From a virus: DNA of 64,000 bases. Each line of letters starts with the position of its first letter. The stretch's first letter is position 1. The stretch covers positions 125,690 to 189,689 of the IMG/VR virus record IMGVR_UViG_3300050821_002122. One strand, written 5' to 3'. Of the stretch, positions 50,957 to 62,723 are shown one piece after another. Under the pieces are notes generated by a model that had not been told where the DNA came from, searched no databases, and saw only the letters and a program-made list of their open reading frames with translations. The translations under genes were made by a program, and so were the position numbers.

Positions 50957-52099
50957 ATGTTTTACATCGCTTTCAATCGCGGCTTCCTTGAAAAAGATTA
51001 CACCGACGATCGTCCTGTCTTCACTCCTAATCCCAGGAAGGCCCATAATTTTACTACATGGGAAGAGGCGGACATTGCAGCAAAGCGGGCAACCGCTCAT
51101 CGCATCTGCGCTCCCTACTATGCTATCTTGACTGATGTGGTACCGGAGAAATAAATGGCTAAATCGAATTTTGGTAAGAACAACTTCGACCGACTGGAGG
51201 CTGCAGGTTTGGTCTCCGTCGAAGGTGACGATGGGCAGGTGAAGAAAGAAAAGCTCCAGGCGCGCATCAAAGGTCTGCGCGAACTCGCAGAGAAGTTTGT
51301 ACGCATCGAAGCAGGTGTTGCCGAAGCCTACCTGATGGAAAAGCCGCAGCAACTCAAACGCCTGAGTGCGGTTTTGACCGCCGTTAAGAAACTGCAAGCA
51401 TCGGGTCTGCCGATCGGTGCAAAGCAGCATGTAGCGACCTGCATCAACGAACTGGTCAGCATTCGTGAAGGCATCTACTCGTCTGCCAACGCAGTAGATA
51501 AAAAGACGCTCACCATGATGGCGGCCACCGAAGCGCGCAAGCAAATACTGGCACTCGCTGTCTCTTCGGAGAACCGTGTCGAGCGCTTGGTAGCTGATTC
51601 GTCTTCGACCTCCGATCTTGAGGATTTTTTCAAGAACGCTTCCGATGTGATTCTGAAGCACGCTGATAAAGCGAACCAGCTTCAGGCGATCAAGGACAAG
51701 GCCTTCGTCATCGTGCGATTGCCAATCGTACCAGCTGACGGTAAGTTCTCTTCGGAGAAGTTGGCCAAGGTCGGCTTCGATGCTGAATCATTGGGTGGCT
51801 ACCCAGTTCTGAATAACCAGATGGTGATCGGTATCAATCCGCGTCACTTGCTGGGTGAACACAGTGGCGAAGTTAAGGGTGAGAAAGCAGCCAAAGCCAT
51901 CCGCGATGAGGCCGAACGCCTGCTCAAGAAGTTGAGCAAGACGACGAAAACGAATCTGCATTTCGTTTCGTCCAAAGCGTATTCGTACAAAGGCGGCACG
52001 TGGTTCTGGTTGATGACCGACCGTGATATCGATCTCTTGGCAAAGATCAGCCCTGGCAGTCATGTGGCTATCCAGCGGTGGGGCTTTGCTTTCAACTAG
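50957..52099 (+). CDS. Hypothetical proteins (50957-51154, 51155-52099)
   Basis: Adjacent ORFs with SDs. Confidence 0.7.
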
Positions 52100-52108
52100 G
52101 AGAACAGT

Positions 52109-52621
52109 ATGGTGTACAATCAGCTTATCGTGATACCGACACCGGACACGATGGAATATCTTTCATCAGTGATGGCAGGTTCCCCACTCGATCTCGATCT
52201 GCGTATGTTCAAAGTCGAGGTCATGCTCACGCAGGACGAAATGGAGCCGGAGCCGGATCGCATCTACCAGGCCAAGGCAACGAGCTTGAAGATTTGGTAC
52301 GATAGTTTCATAGGTGCCAGCTCTTTGATACTCAGCATGGTATCGCCTGATCTGGATCGGCGTTGTATCGAACTTCACGAGCAAGGCGTTTTGCGTGAGT
52401 TCTACAACTACTACAACCCGCACATGAAAATCGTGCCTTACATGCCGGCGCTGAGTCATCACTACAAGACCTTCGTCAACGCGGTAGCTAATGCTCTGTG
52501 TTCCAATGAACGTCCGCTGGAATTCACTTCGGAATTCGTGACGCAGATCAGCCTGATCGCGCCGCCCGATTTTGAGTACAACCAGGCCATGTTGGCAGAA
52601 CGCAGTAACAGGCGGATTTGA
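52109..52621 (+). CDS. 2H-phosphoesterase-like (T4 57B/Acb1-like) protein with degenerate HxT motifs
   Basis: SLKIW...SSLILSMVSPDLDRR...YNPHMKI aligns by eye with 57B HLEVW...TLVLVLDSEYLRCR...YTPHITL. Confidence 0.5.
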   Translation: MVYNQLIVIPTPDTMEYLSSVMAGSPLDLDLRMFKVEVMLTQDEMEPEPDRIYQAKATSLKIWYDSFIGASSLILSMVSPDLDRRCIELHEQGVLREFYNYYNPHMKIVPYMPALSHHYKTFVNAVANALCSNERPLEFTSEFVTQISLIAPPDFEYNQAMLAERSNRRI

Positions 52622-53085
52622 TGGGTACGCCGTCTGCTCATCCCAAGTCCATAATACTGGACTACTGCTGGGCGTGTGGTGCTCGATTCGTCAGTGAAGG
52701 CGGAACCGAGACACGACACGACCATCACTTAGTGCCTCGGGCCTACGGCGGTGCAGACGGCCCCACAGTGACACTATGTACTAAAGATCATACCAAACTT
52801 CATGCAATAGCGGTAAGCATGAAGGCCAACAAACCGTATTTCATGCAACTTACAGGAGAGACACAGCAGACAAAACAACGACTGATGTATATGGCCAATG
52901 TGGTGTACAATTCGGAACTAGCCACCCGCAACGACCCAAACAAGGCAGCGCAAGCTTGCGTAACCTTGAACCAGAAACATAAAGCGATGATTGACCGCCT
53001 AAAACAAGCGACCAATTCTCGTTCCAGAGAGGCTGTACTGCTAGCTGCACTAGAGCACCTCTACAACAGAAAATTTCCACACTAG
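52621..53085 (+). CDS. HNH endonuclease with a C-terminal ribbon-helix-helix-like tail
   Basis: CWAC...HDHHLVPRAYGG...VTLCTKDHTKLH. Confidence 0.8.
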   Translation: MGTPSAHPKSIILDYCWACGARFVSEGGTETRHDHHLVPRAYGGADGPTVTLCTKDHTKLHAIAVSMKANKPYFMQLTGETQQTKQRLMYMANVVYNSELATRNDPNKAAQACVTLNQKHKAMIDRLKQATNSRSREAVLLAALEHLYNRKFPH

Positions 53086-53177
53086 GTTCAATGAAAGGTC
53101 CCTACTCTCTTTACCCATAAGTTTTAAGCCGTTCTGGTACGGCTGTTCCTTCTCACAAAAATTATAGAAAGACAAAA

Positions 53178-53867
53178 ATGGGTCAACATAAGAAAGATAC
53201 GCTGGATAACAATGCAACCGCGAACACGGATACTGTTCAACGCTGCGGGGATTGCCTCCACCATGGCAGGCATGCTCATCCTCAAATGCAAACCATCTGC
53301 AAGCTGAAAGGCATCAGGACGTTTGCGCTAGCACCGAAATGCTTCACGCCGGACATCACACAGATTGCCGGCAACTCTGATTCGTTTGCGGCGATAGCGA
53401 TGCTATTCGCAGAGTACACGCCGCGACAGAAACGGATACTGATCGGGGTCCTCAAGCAACCGCAGAAGAAATTCAAGCGCGAGCTACCGTTCGGTACCAG
53501 GGTGTATTTCCACGGCCTTGGTAAGGACTATATCAGCAACTACATGAGTGGCATGGTCGCCGGCACAACATCAAGCGGTCAGCTAATCATCACTGGATCA
53601 CCGGATCGGAATACGCGAGGCAGGTCGTACTTCGCGTACATGAACGACAGCGATGAACTGATGACTGCGCGAGAATGGAAGGTCAAGAAAGCCGAACTGA
53701 AAGCGGCGGGTAAGATTCTCGATCCACAGTCTCTCGTATTACCAAAAGGCTCTCCAGCACCAAATGAACCGGTGACGATTGACTCAGCACCAGATGCTTG
53801 GTATGATCGACAGGAGAAGACAAAGAAGAAACGAGGCATTCAGGATTTGGTTATCAAAATTTCCTGA
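53178..53867 (+). CDS. Hypothetical protein with an N-terminal Cys cluster
   Basis: CGDCLHH...C...C. Confidence 0.7.
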   Translation: MGQHKKDTLDNNATANTDTVQRCGDCLHHGRHAHPQMQTICKLKGIRTFALAPKCFTPDITQIAGNSDSFAAIAMLFAEYTPRQKRILIGVLKQPQKKFKRELPFGTRVYFHGLGKDYISNYMSGMVAGTTSSGQLIITGSPDRNTRGRSYFAYMNDSDELMTAREWKVKKAELKAAGKILDPQSLVLPKGSPAPNEPVTIDSAPDAWYDRQEKTKKKRGIQDLVIKIS

Positions 53868-53880
53868 CCTCGGAGGAATC

Positions 53881-54846
53881 ATGTTGCGTCAAATATTAGG
53901 GATTCAAGGCACTAGCTTCAAGAAAATCGTGCCAGCATTGTATGCGTACTTGTTTAACCGCATCGACATGGATAAGTTCATTGCCTACGTCGGTGACCGC
54001 AAGGAAGGTCTACGCATCAAGGACATTGCTCGCGGTAATGGTTACATAATGAAGAATTGCAAGCTGTATGCCTATGCTTGCTATGTGGCCCGCAAGAAAG
54101 GGGAGAAACTGCCGTCCGCTAAGTCGTTCGAGGTAGATGCATACGACTCGCTGCTGTTACGACGACTGAATCTCAAGAACCTAAACATCAATCATTTCAG
54201 GACTTTCACGCTAGCCGAATTTGAAAAGGTGGTCAACGATATGGTGACCAGCTCAGAGATAAAGAACTACTGTGGTAAGTTCGTTTCAAAGAAAATGTCC
54301 TTCTTGATGAAGTCCTTCGGGGAATCACGAGAGGATATCGAAGCCCACTTGAAAGAGATGGCCATCGTCGCAGTCTACAAGCAGTACCCGCGATTCATGA
54401 CGCACCTTCACATGCTAAACGTGGCGAAGGCGCAAATCCACAACAAAGGTCACACGTTCATTACTGCATCGACCAGCAAGTCGCGGCAGAAATTGACTCA
54501 ACACGAGGACGGTAGTTTCGAGGCCGTCCACGTTGATATCTCTACGTGTACCGAAGTTCCGGCCGGTCCACAGTACGGCGCAGAACTGAAAGAACGACTC
54601 ACTGCTTTATCCCAAGTGGAAGCGTTCTTGCCGCAACGCACAAAAGAGTTTTTGCTGTGCGCTGCTGGTCACTATCATGAAGGCTTATCGGTCTTCATGA
54701 AGGTATCAAATTCCGACGCAGTAGATCACATGAGTCACGATAGATACATGGCCAAGGTTCAGGAGTATTTCGGAACCAATCAAGAGAAGGTTGACCGTCT
54801 GTATGAAAACATTCGGGCACGCATTCATCAAACTTCGGTGAGGTAA
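53881..54846 (+). CDS. Hypothetical protein, possibly a divergent sigma-factor-like protein
   Basis: ATG 53881 with GGAGG SD; REDIEAHLKEMAIVAVYKQYP...LNVAKAQIHN resembles the sigma70 region 2 pattern. Confidence 0.4.
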   Translation: MLRQILGIQGTSFKKIVPALYAYLFNRIDMDKFIAYVGDRKEGLRIKDIARGNGYIMKNCKLYAYACYVARKKGEKLPSAKSFEVDAYDSLLLRRLNLKNLNINHFRTFTLAEFEKVVNDMVTSSEIKNYCGKFVSKKMSFLMKSFGESREDIEAHLKEMAIVAVYKQYPRFMTHLHMLNVAKAQIHNKGHTFITASTSKSRQKLTQHEDGSFEAVHVDISTCTEVPAGPQYGAELKERLTALSQVEAFLPQRTKEFLLCAAGHYHEGLSVFMKVSNSDAVDHMSHDRYMAKVQEYFGTNQEKVDRLYENIRARIHQTSVR

Positions 54847-54848
54847 CT

Positions 54849-55127
54849 ATGGACACGGTGGCTATTCAATCTGAATTCGCGGCAGGCTTTCGTCTGACTT
54901 ACGACGAGTACAAAAAACTCGTCACCGCAATGACTGCCGATGAAGTGATTACATGCCTTGAACTGCTACGATGTGTAAAGCATCGTTCGCAGTACAGAGC
55001 AGATAGAGAAACCCGTATTCGCAAGTGGTTGGCTGATCCGAAGCCAAGTTTTTCCAAGCCCTTGAACCCACATGAGTTTGATTCACTCAGACCCAAGTGG
55101 CCGATCAAGTATCAGTTACCTCACTAA
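54849..55127 (+). CDS. Hypothetical protein (92 aa)
   Basis: GAGG SD. Confidence 0.65.
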   Translation: MDTVAIQSEFAAGFRLTYDEYKKLVTAMTADEVITCLELLRCVKHRSQYRADRETRIRKWLADPKPSFSKPLNPHEFDSLRPKWPIKYQLPH

Positions 55128-55132
55128 CACCC

Positions 55133-55164
55133 AAGAGCGACGTAGATATCTACGTCGCTCTTTT
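55133..55164 (+). terminator. Rho-independent terminator, followed by TAGTAAAT at 55173
   Basis: AAGAGCGACGTAG/CTACGTCGCTCTT perfect stem with U-tail. Confidence 0.85.
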
Positions 55165-55205
55165 CGCATCAGTAGTAAATGAAGTATGACTAAAAGGGAG
55201 GTCGT

Positions 55206-55448
55206 ATGAAAGGTCGTCTAGTAGCAATCGGAATAGTAACTTTGGCCGCAGGTCTCACCGATCGGATTTTTACACCGATCGCAAGTTTGGCTGCCAATGC
55301 AACAATCGTCAATCAACTTGACCACAGCAACGCTGCATCACTCGCTAATACAGCCGTCGGCAACGGTGAGTGGATTCCCCACACGGTTATCCTGATCGCG
55401 TGGTTTGCAGCAGTTTCCATCATCCTCTACATCGGAAAAAAGAAATGA
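55206..55448 (+). CDS. Small two-TM membrane protein
   Basis: Hydrophobic ends; typical SPFH partner position. Confidence 0.7.
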   Translation: MKGRLVAIGIVTLAAGLTDRIFTPIASLAANATIVNQLDHSNAASLANTAVGNGEWIPHTVILIAWFAAVSIILYIGKKK

Positions 55449-56374
55449 AAAAGACTATCGCAATTACCCTACTGGCCCTGAGCGCAAGCTTGGCACTCAC
55501 AGGCTGCTATCGAAAAGCGCAGGACGAATTCGTTGAGATCAAACCAGACGAGACTGCATTCTTGGTCTCGCTGGAAGGTGACACGAAAACGAACCAAGCA
55601 AAGTTCGATTCAGTGGCTGTTATGGAGGAACACAAAATCTCCGCCAAGCGCGTCATCATTCCTCACAAGCTGCTGAACACGTGCCCAAGCTGCACGACTG
55701 CGGAGTATGTAGACGTACCCACAGCACGCCTGTTCACCGTCACACGCAAGATGGTTTCGCGTGAATGGACGGCTACCGATAAAGGTACGAAGAAAGAGAA
55801 CCAGGCGATTTCGGTTGAGTCGAATGAGTCCATCGACTTCGACCTAGGAGTCATGATTACTGCACACATCGCAGAAAGTGACACCGCTACGTTCCTCTAC
55901 AACTATTCGGGCAGCCAGTTGTCCGACATCATGGATGGCGATGTGCGCTCCATCGTGGGCAAAGAGTTGGCCGATCAATTCGGTACCCATTCTTTGGAAG
56001 AGGATCGTCATGACAAGATCGCCTACTTCCATGCGACGTTCGATAAGGTGGCTAAATTCTTCAAAGACAAAGGCATTACCATCGACTCGCTGGGTTCAGC
56101 AGAAGGTATGACGTACCACGACAAAGCCATCCAGACGGCGATCAACAACAAGTTTGCTGCCGAAATGAGCAAGGCGGCAGCGCGCGATCAAGCGGATGCA
56201 GCAGCTATCTTGGTCGCTAACAAGGATGCTGTTTTGATGCAGCAGAATTTCGAGATACGAAAACGCGAACTGGATATCGAAGAATTGCGCGCTCGGAAAT
56301 TCAACGGTGTACTACCAACGACGGTGATGTTGGGCACTGGTCAAACAACTATCATGGGCGTCCCCTTGAAGTAA
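55445..56374 (+). CDS. SPFH (Band 7/prohibitin) domain lipoprotein
   Basis: Lipobox LALTGC; SNESIDFDLGVMITA...GITIDSLG..EGMTY; coiled-coil tail; terminator 56379-56406. Confidence 0.75.
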   Translation: MKKTIAITLLALSASLALTGCYRKAQDEFVEIKPDETAFLVSLEGDTKTNQAKFDSVAVMEEHKISAKRVIIPHKLLNTCPSCTTAEYVDVPTARLFTVTRKMVSREWTATDKGTKKENQAISVESNESIDFDLGVMITAHIAESDTATFLYNYSGSQLSDIMDGDVRSIVGKELADQFGTHSLEEDRHDKIAYFHATFDKVAKFFKDKGITIDSLGSAEGMTYHDKAIQTAINNKFAAEMSKAAARDQADAAAILVANKDAVLMQQNFEIRKRELDIEELRARKFNGVLPTTVMLGTGQTTIMGVPLK

Positions 56375-56419
56375 TACCGAGCGGGCCAACTTGGCCCGCT
56401 CTTTTCACAGGAGTATAAA

Positions 56420-58602
56420 ATGATTACCGTATTAGAAGAAATCGCTGTAGAGAAATCTTTGGCACAACACTATCGAAGCGGCTACAAGGTCGACATTGGT
56501 AACGTGATCCCAGGCACTGTAGTACTTCAGCAATGGTCTCATAAAGATGATGACGGCGAGACAACTGACAAGATATTCACCACCGTACTTGTGGTCTTCC
56601 GTCAACTTCAGGGCGAGACTGCATGTTCTGCCATCGATGAAAATTCGCACATCACCAACGATATGCGACTACCAGCGAACACACAGGTCGTCATCATGAC
56701 GCCAACTATCCCAATGAACTGGGATGCAAAGCCATGACGCAAGAACTAGCGGCTGAATTGATCGAGAGCCTCGGAGACGATCCAGCATTCGAGGCTAACC
56801 CGGTTTTAACACTAGCCCAGGCACTACTCAACTCGACAGGAGATTCAAATGAATGACAGGGAAATTGCAAAAGATATTCTGACGAATCATATGGCTAAAT
56901 ATGAAGCAGCTATGGGAGTCGTTCAGAGTCGCGTCGTGATGAACGCATTGAAGCAGTTCATCAATCCACCGACGGCCTTCATCGCGCATGTGGACGGCGA
57001 CGGTATCATGATCTCGGCGTACCCGTATCTCGATCCGAAGCATGAGATGAATCACATGGTGATCGCCGACGTCTCGCAGACAGGCAAGGTTAACCGCGAT
57101 CCCTCGTTTGAGAACGTGGTACGCAATATCCTCACGCAATGCGGTCTGCAAGTAGTCTTCGACTGAATTTGATTATGAGTCCCCAGCAAATGGGCTTGTC
57201 AATCAAATAGGAGTCTCTATGTCTTCGACAGTTAGCTATATGGGCTTGGCCATCACCGTACCGTCTGGTTTCAACTACGTCGCAATGGACCAAAATTTCT
57301 TTGTCTATGCGTTCAAGAATCAGCCAACGTTTGATCCCAATGCCAATGAGTGGGTATTTCCAACGGACCTCAGCACCGTGTCGTATCTTGGTACGCTGCA
57401 CCAACTATCATTAGCACCCGTGAGTGGTCTGACTGTCATCTTAAACCTATAAGGAGTTACCATGCTTAATATGCGTGTAGAGGCTGTCATCCGCGTGATA
57501 CGCAATCTGTTAATGCCTCAAAATTCTGCGAATGAGTTTCGAGTCGAAAACCTGGGTACCGAACGTCATATGCGAGGCATCGTCTTCGGTTTCGATATCA
57601 CGCTGTACGATAACACTGACCGACCGGAAGGCTCCGCGCGCAAAGAGAGTCGGCGAGGTATTCAAGTTCTCGTCGCCGGTCACTCGTCGGTTTTCACATC
57701 GACGAGTAAGACTCACGATGACCGCGATGACACCTGGACAAACCTCAGCAACCACGACTCGTGCTGGCACAGTTCGATGGCAAGTGAACTGACTCAAATT
57801 TACTTTGAGATGTGTGAGGAGGTAGATGCTAATCAGCGCCCATCTGACATTGTTTCATACAACACGTTTGATGTGTTTCGCCCTCTTCGTTTCGTTGATG
57901 TAGTGTGGGAACCGACAGAGGATAGGACACTGTCCGGTTATCGTAAAGTACTATCGGTCATCAACGTACCGAGAGAAAAGTTTGAGACATTGGGGAGACG
58001 CGGATGAGCTTCTACGACTTCTTGGGTGCGACTGCGATTCTGCTGTGCGTTATTTTCTTGGGCTTTCAACCGCAACGCGACAAAGAGGCTGAGGCATTAA
58101 CTCTGGTACAGGAGAATTGTTACGACGGTTTGGTTTACGTCCACTTCAAACATGGTAACGACAATTGGGCTACTGTGAAAGTCGATAAACAACTCGGTAT
58201 CCCTCTGCAATGTTCTACTAAGGAGAATAAATGAAGCTCAGAGAATTAAACCTTGGTTACACTGTCACAGGCCACGGAGCCGCCGCAGCTCACCTGTCGT
58301 CAGACGCAATAGATGCGTACAATAAAGGCCCTATCAGCGAGGGGTCAGGTGGCCCTCTCCACTACCTGATGGTGGCTTCTGACGACAGAAAAACTATAGC
58401 GATGGTATTCGGTGATAGTGCTGCCGATGCAGAGGCAAATCATCACACGATAACCAATGCAGTAAATAACATTCAGAAAGTGCCACCGTTTCTGATGACT
58501 GCTTTGGCTGCGGTCGAAAAGATCAAAGCCGATGAATCGCTATCATTGGAAGACGTACTGGCACTGAAACTGGTACGCACGTATTTTGCACCAACAGTAT
58601 AA
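56420..58602 (+). CDS. Hypothetical proteins (56420-56737, 56849-57166, 57219-57452, 57462-58007, 58004-58234, 58231-58602)
   Basis: Packed ORFs with SDs. Confidence 0.65.
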
Positions 58603-58781
58603 ATCGTTTATACTGTTTTTCACCACTGTCACGCTTCCATGTGCTATGTCACATGAGCACCAAAATAGCACCATATTTGTTGCAGAAATAGCACAAATAT
58701 GGTGCTATTTTGCACATTTATTAAGCACATTTATTGATCTTTTTCGTGTATTTTTCGACAATATGTTATAATAGAAGCGTA
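58595..58781 (+). promoter_or_regulatory. Palindrome CAGTATAAATCGTTTATACTG, 20-bp inverted repeat (58661-58712) and promoter TGTTATAATAGAAGCGTA
   Basis: Directly visible; repeats the 36-kb module. Confidence 0.75.
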
Positions 58782-58806
58782 CACCACTACCCAGAAAAGG
58801 ACCAAA

Positions 58807-61800
58807 ATGAAACCCGAGCGAATCATGCGCCCGCGAGCTACACAGAAAATCTGCCGACAGAAAGTGCGCGCAATGCTGTACGTTGCCAACATTCTGCCGC
58901 AAGACTTCGATCAACATATCGAAGCCGACGTTGATGGAAAATACGACGCGCGACAGGTACAAGTTTTCTGTCTCAGCGCCTTAGCAAAATCTTTGACTAC
59001 TATTGAGGAGAATCAAAATGGCTGACGTAACTGGTCCAATCGGATCGCTTCCAAATTCCACCCATACTGCTGCCGGCAACTGCGACGAACATCCAGATCG
59101 GCCGGCTTACCGTCGCATTCAAGGGGAGACTGATTCGTTCGGCAGCGAGATGCACGATCTCTGCAAAGAGTGCTACGACGCGCATATCGAGGCCGTCAAT
59201 AATGCAGACACCAGCGGCGTTTGCGATTGGTGTAATCAACATAAGCCCGCACTACGCAACCGCCGCGACTTTGAAGAAGGGATGAGTGGTCGCGTCTACG
59301 AAGTTTGCTCTGACTGCATCAAAGCTGAAAACGCCCGCATACAAGAAGAGTTCGATGATGACGACTACGACGATTACCACGACTAACCGGGAGAACAAAA
59401 TGAAAGACCAAGCCTATTTCGATACCGTTATCGCTGCGATGCAGCCCATCGGTTTTAAGTTCCTTGCGCAGGTTCATATCTCGACCGATGATATGCCGTA
59501 TCATGTGACGGTGGCATGGGCGCGCTGCACGGACCTCCTCTTCTACGTCGAGGGCAAGAACCTCATCACTCGCATGACGTACACCGAGGACCGCCGTGAC
59601 AATTGCCCAGAAGCGGATACCTACTACCGTTATTGGTCTCTAGAACTCATCGCCGATTTCAGCGACTGGGACAAAGCCTCTGCACTTGAGACAATGCGCG
59701 ATGTGACCAAACCACCGCTGTATTACGAAGAATCTTATATGTGGGACGAACCACGCGTACCCGTCTATCGCATTGAACCTCAGTTGGCAGGATTCTGGAA
59801 TCATATGTCGTCATCTCACATGAATCACCGTGAGTGGCGCTTTGAACCATCAGCCGATAGCAATACTGACGTACCAATCGAGCCGATGATTGCTGAACTC
59901 GCAAAGTTCAAAGACAGTATTTCAGATTGTCTGTCAGCGTCACCGTTCCCTACTCTGCTGCCATCGTGGCCACCGACGTATGTGTTCGGGGGTAGTAGCT
60001 ACGGCAAGGATAAGCAGTATCAGCAGTGTACCAATCTGTACTGGACTCGCTTCGGCGATAAACGCAAGATACTGCGCAAGCTGATTAAGAAACTCAACTA
60101 GGAGGGATGATGAGTAAAATCAAACTGCTGGTACATACACCAGTGTCTGTTATGCTGTTCAACGCAATGTGTGAAAGCGTGAGCCAGGATAAACTTCTGG
60201 AGATTTATGGTCTCGCTGCTACACCAGATGTAGTGGTCGATGTAAAGCTTACCGTCAACGGCGTCGAACTTGACGCGGAACGAGTGCTAGCATCATGCTG
60301 GGAACAACTGTTAGTTCGCTATGAACAACGAGTCACGCAGGATGCAAAGGCGATGGTTGGTGGCGCCGGTCTGCAAGAACTCGCCGATACTTTTGAGGAG
60401 ATGAAGACCCGAATCGAAAACGAATTCAGCAGTGTGCAGCACATCGTCGAAGAACGCATCAAGAAATTTACGGAGATTTAAATGACCAAACAAGACATGC
60501 AGATATGTACCCTGCGCGAACTCATGTTGGCACACAATGCCTATCAACGTTCGCTGTCTGAGTTTTCAAAAGCATTGGGTGCTATGCCGACGCCCAGGAT
60601 GCAAGCATACATCGGCGGGTTGGCCGCAGTAGCACAAGACCCTAGGGAATTTACAGCATCGGACTTTGATAACTTGCTGCATGTGGTCAAGCTCGATTCC
60701 GTCCACCAAATCACCGGAGCTTAAAATGGCACTCGACATTCAAGATATCATGCAGGTCCTCAGCAGCGACTTACCGCAACCAGCGTTTCAGGCAATGCGC
60801 AGTCTATTGGCCATCCAGTACGAGCCTTCCCGAGATACGGTCCTCATGCACATGAGGCTCGATCAAAACCGCAACCCGCATAACGATAACCACCCGAACA
60901 TATGCCCGCGGCGAAAAGACAGTCAGATCATAAGCGATCTCAAGTTCAAGCACGCTGACGACATACTGCTCCACCAATACAGGCAGGCCTATCGTGCGTG
61001 GCTGGACTTCAACAACTTTCAAAAAGACCGCTGGACCGACTGCTACAGGAGAGCATGATGCAAGTACAAGTCAATGTATGGCAAGAGAATCTGTTAAAGC
61101 CAGCCAGCAAGCCCTTCATCGTGTTTCAGATGAAAGTCAGTGTGGGTTCGGAGTCAACTGCCTCTGACGTTGTTGAATTTGCCAAGGCTGGCTTCAGCTT
61201 GGCAAACATCAGCGATCATGGTGCGGCCGATTTTTACTCAGGCTTGCGCTCTGCATACCACAGTCTGCTATCGTGCTATAGCTTCCAGTCGGAACCACGT
61301 ATCGAAGCCCAAATTACCGAATGGTAATTCAACTAGTCCCTATGTAAAGGACCGCAAAATGCAACGTACAATCCGTACCGTATTCTTTAACTACAAAGGT
61401 GAGACTGTCCATACCAACATGGCGGTCCATCACAACTCTGCGGTGAACCGCGCATTCAGCAACATGGCGTTGAACGTCTACAGGGCTTCCGTAGCCCAGG
61501 TCTTCGATACCGAAACTGCTTTGCTCTACGCAGAGATCGTGCGCTCCAAATCCAATGAGGTCAAGGCGACTTGGCGCGCTGATCCGAAAAATCACAAAGA
61601 CCCTCTGCGCATGAGCGCCCAGGCCTTTTTCTACGAAAGACAGCGATGAAAATTCCACTCATGGAAATTAATGACACGGAACTGAGGTCTGCTGTTATGG
61701 TTGCTTCAGTATTCGGAAGACCACGTCTTCCATTGTCTGGTACACATAAAATGTGGTGCTGTCAGACTGCTGAACTGATGCCTGATCAGCGTATAGAGCT

Positions 61801-62711
61801 TAGAGCGTATGTTCGATCTAGTGGCTACACACATTTTCAGAGGTAGAGAAATACACGCCACCAATCGGCGCTGGCGCAATTACAGGCGGATACAGCGAAG
61901 ATTCGCTGACGCTGATCCGCAGGCCACGTCAACCGAAACCATAAGGAGAACAAGATGCCTAATCGCAAAGAAATATTGGTACACCTCGATGAGTACCTTC
62001 ACTCAGAATACGTCATGGACTTTGACGACGGCGTATGTGCTTACAAAGTGCGTTCCTATCACCTGGAAGGCGTTATCAAAACTCTCGACCCAGAACATTT
62101 GTACGACGGTATACTTAACCACTTCGGCCTCAATGAGGACGAGGACGAAGATTCAGCAAGAGAGAAAGCCACAGCCAAATGGACCTCTCGTCGTAAGATC
62201 GTTGATTGGCTCCTGCAATACGATGGTCAGCTTGACCTGAGGGATGAAGCAGATGGGTCAAGTAATGATACCAGGCCAAACGCCTGGGTAGTCGGTAATC
62301 CGAAAAAGACGGAATTCCTGGCATTGGATGAATACGACCATCCGGGTTTCGTAAAGACCATCTTTAGGGCTGAATTTTTCAGGACGAAGAAAGAAGCCGT
62401 TAGATGGATTAAGTCAGAATGGACCCATTCTATGGGATGGAAACTTTTCATGAAAACGGCTGCGGTTCACCCGGTGCGTATCGAAATTCTGGGAGAATGA
62501 GATGCCTACATCGCTGCAAAAATATGATTTGGGTGTAGCTATAGCGCAAGTGTACATTGCGGCCCAAGGTGTTTCGCTATCGGCCTCCGATGCGGCTTGC
62601 GACGCAATCATGAAAGAGGACTCATGCGCAAAGCTTGGATTTGATAGCGAGATTAAGAGAGACGGTCGCTACCAGATTTCGGCACGCATACCAAACTTAA
62701 CTCTAGCGTAA
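58807..62711 (+). CDS. Run of hypothetical proteins (58807-59025, 59018-59386 Cys-rich Zn-binding, 59400-60101, 60107-60481, 60482-60724, 60726-61058, 61055-61327, 61359-61649, 61646-61846, 61955-62500, 62502-62711)
   Basis: Co-oriented SD-bearing ORFs after the promoter. Confidence 0.65.
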
Positions 62712-62723
62712 TAGGAGGCAGAT

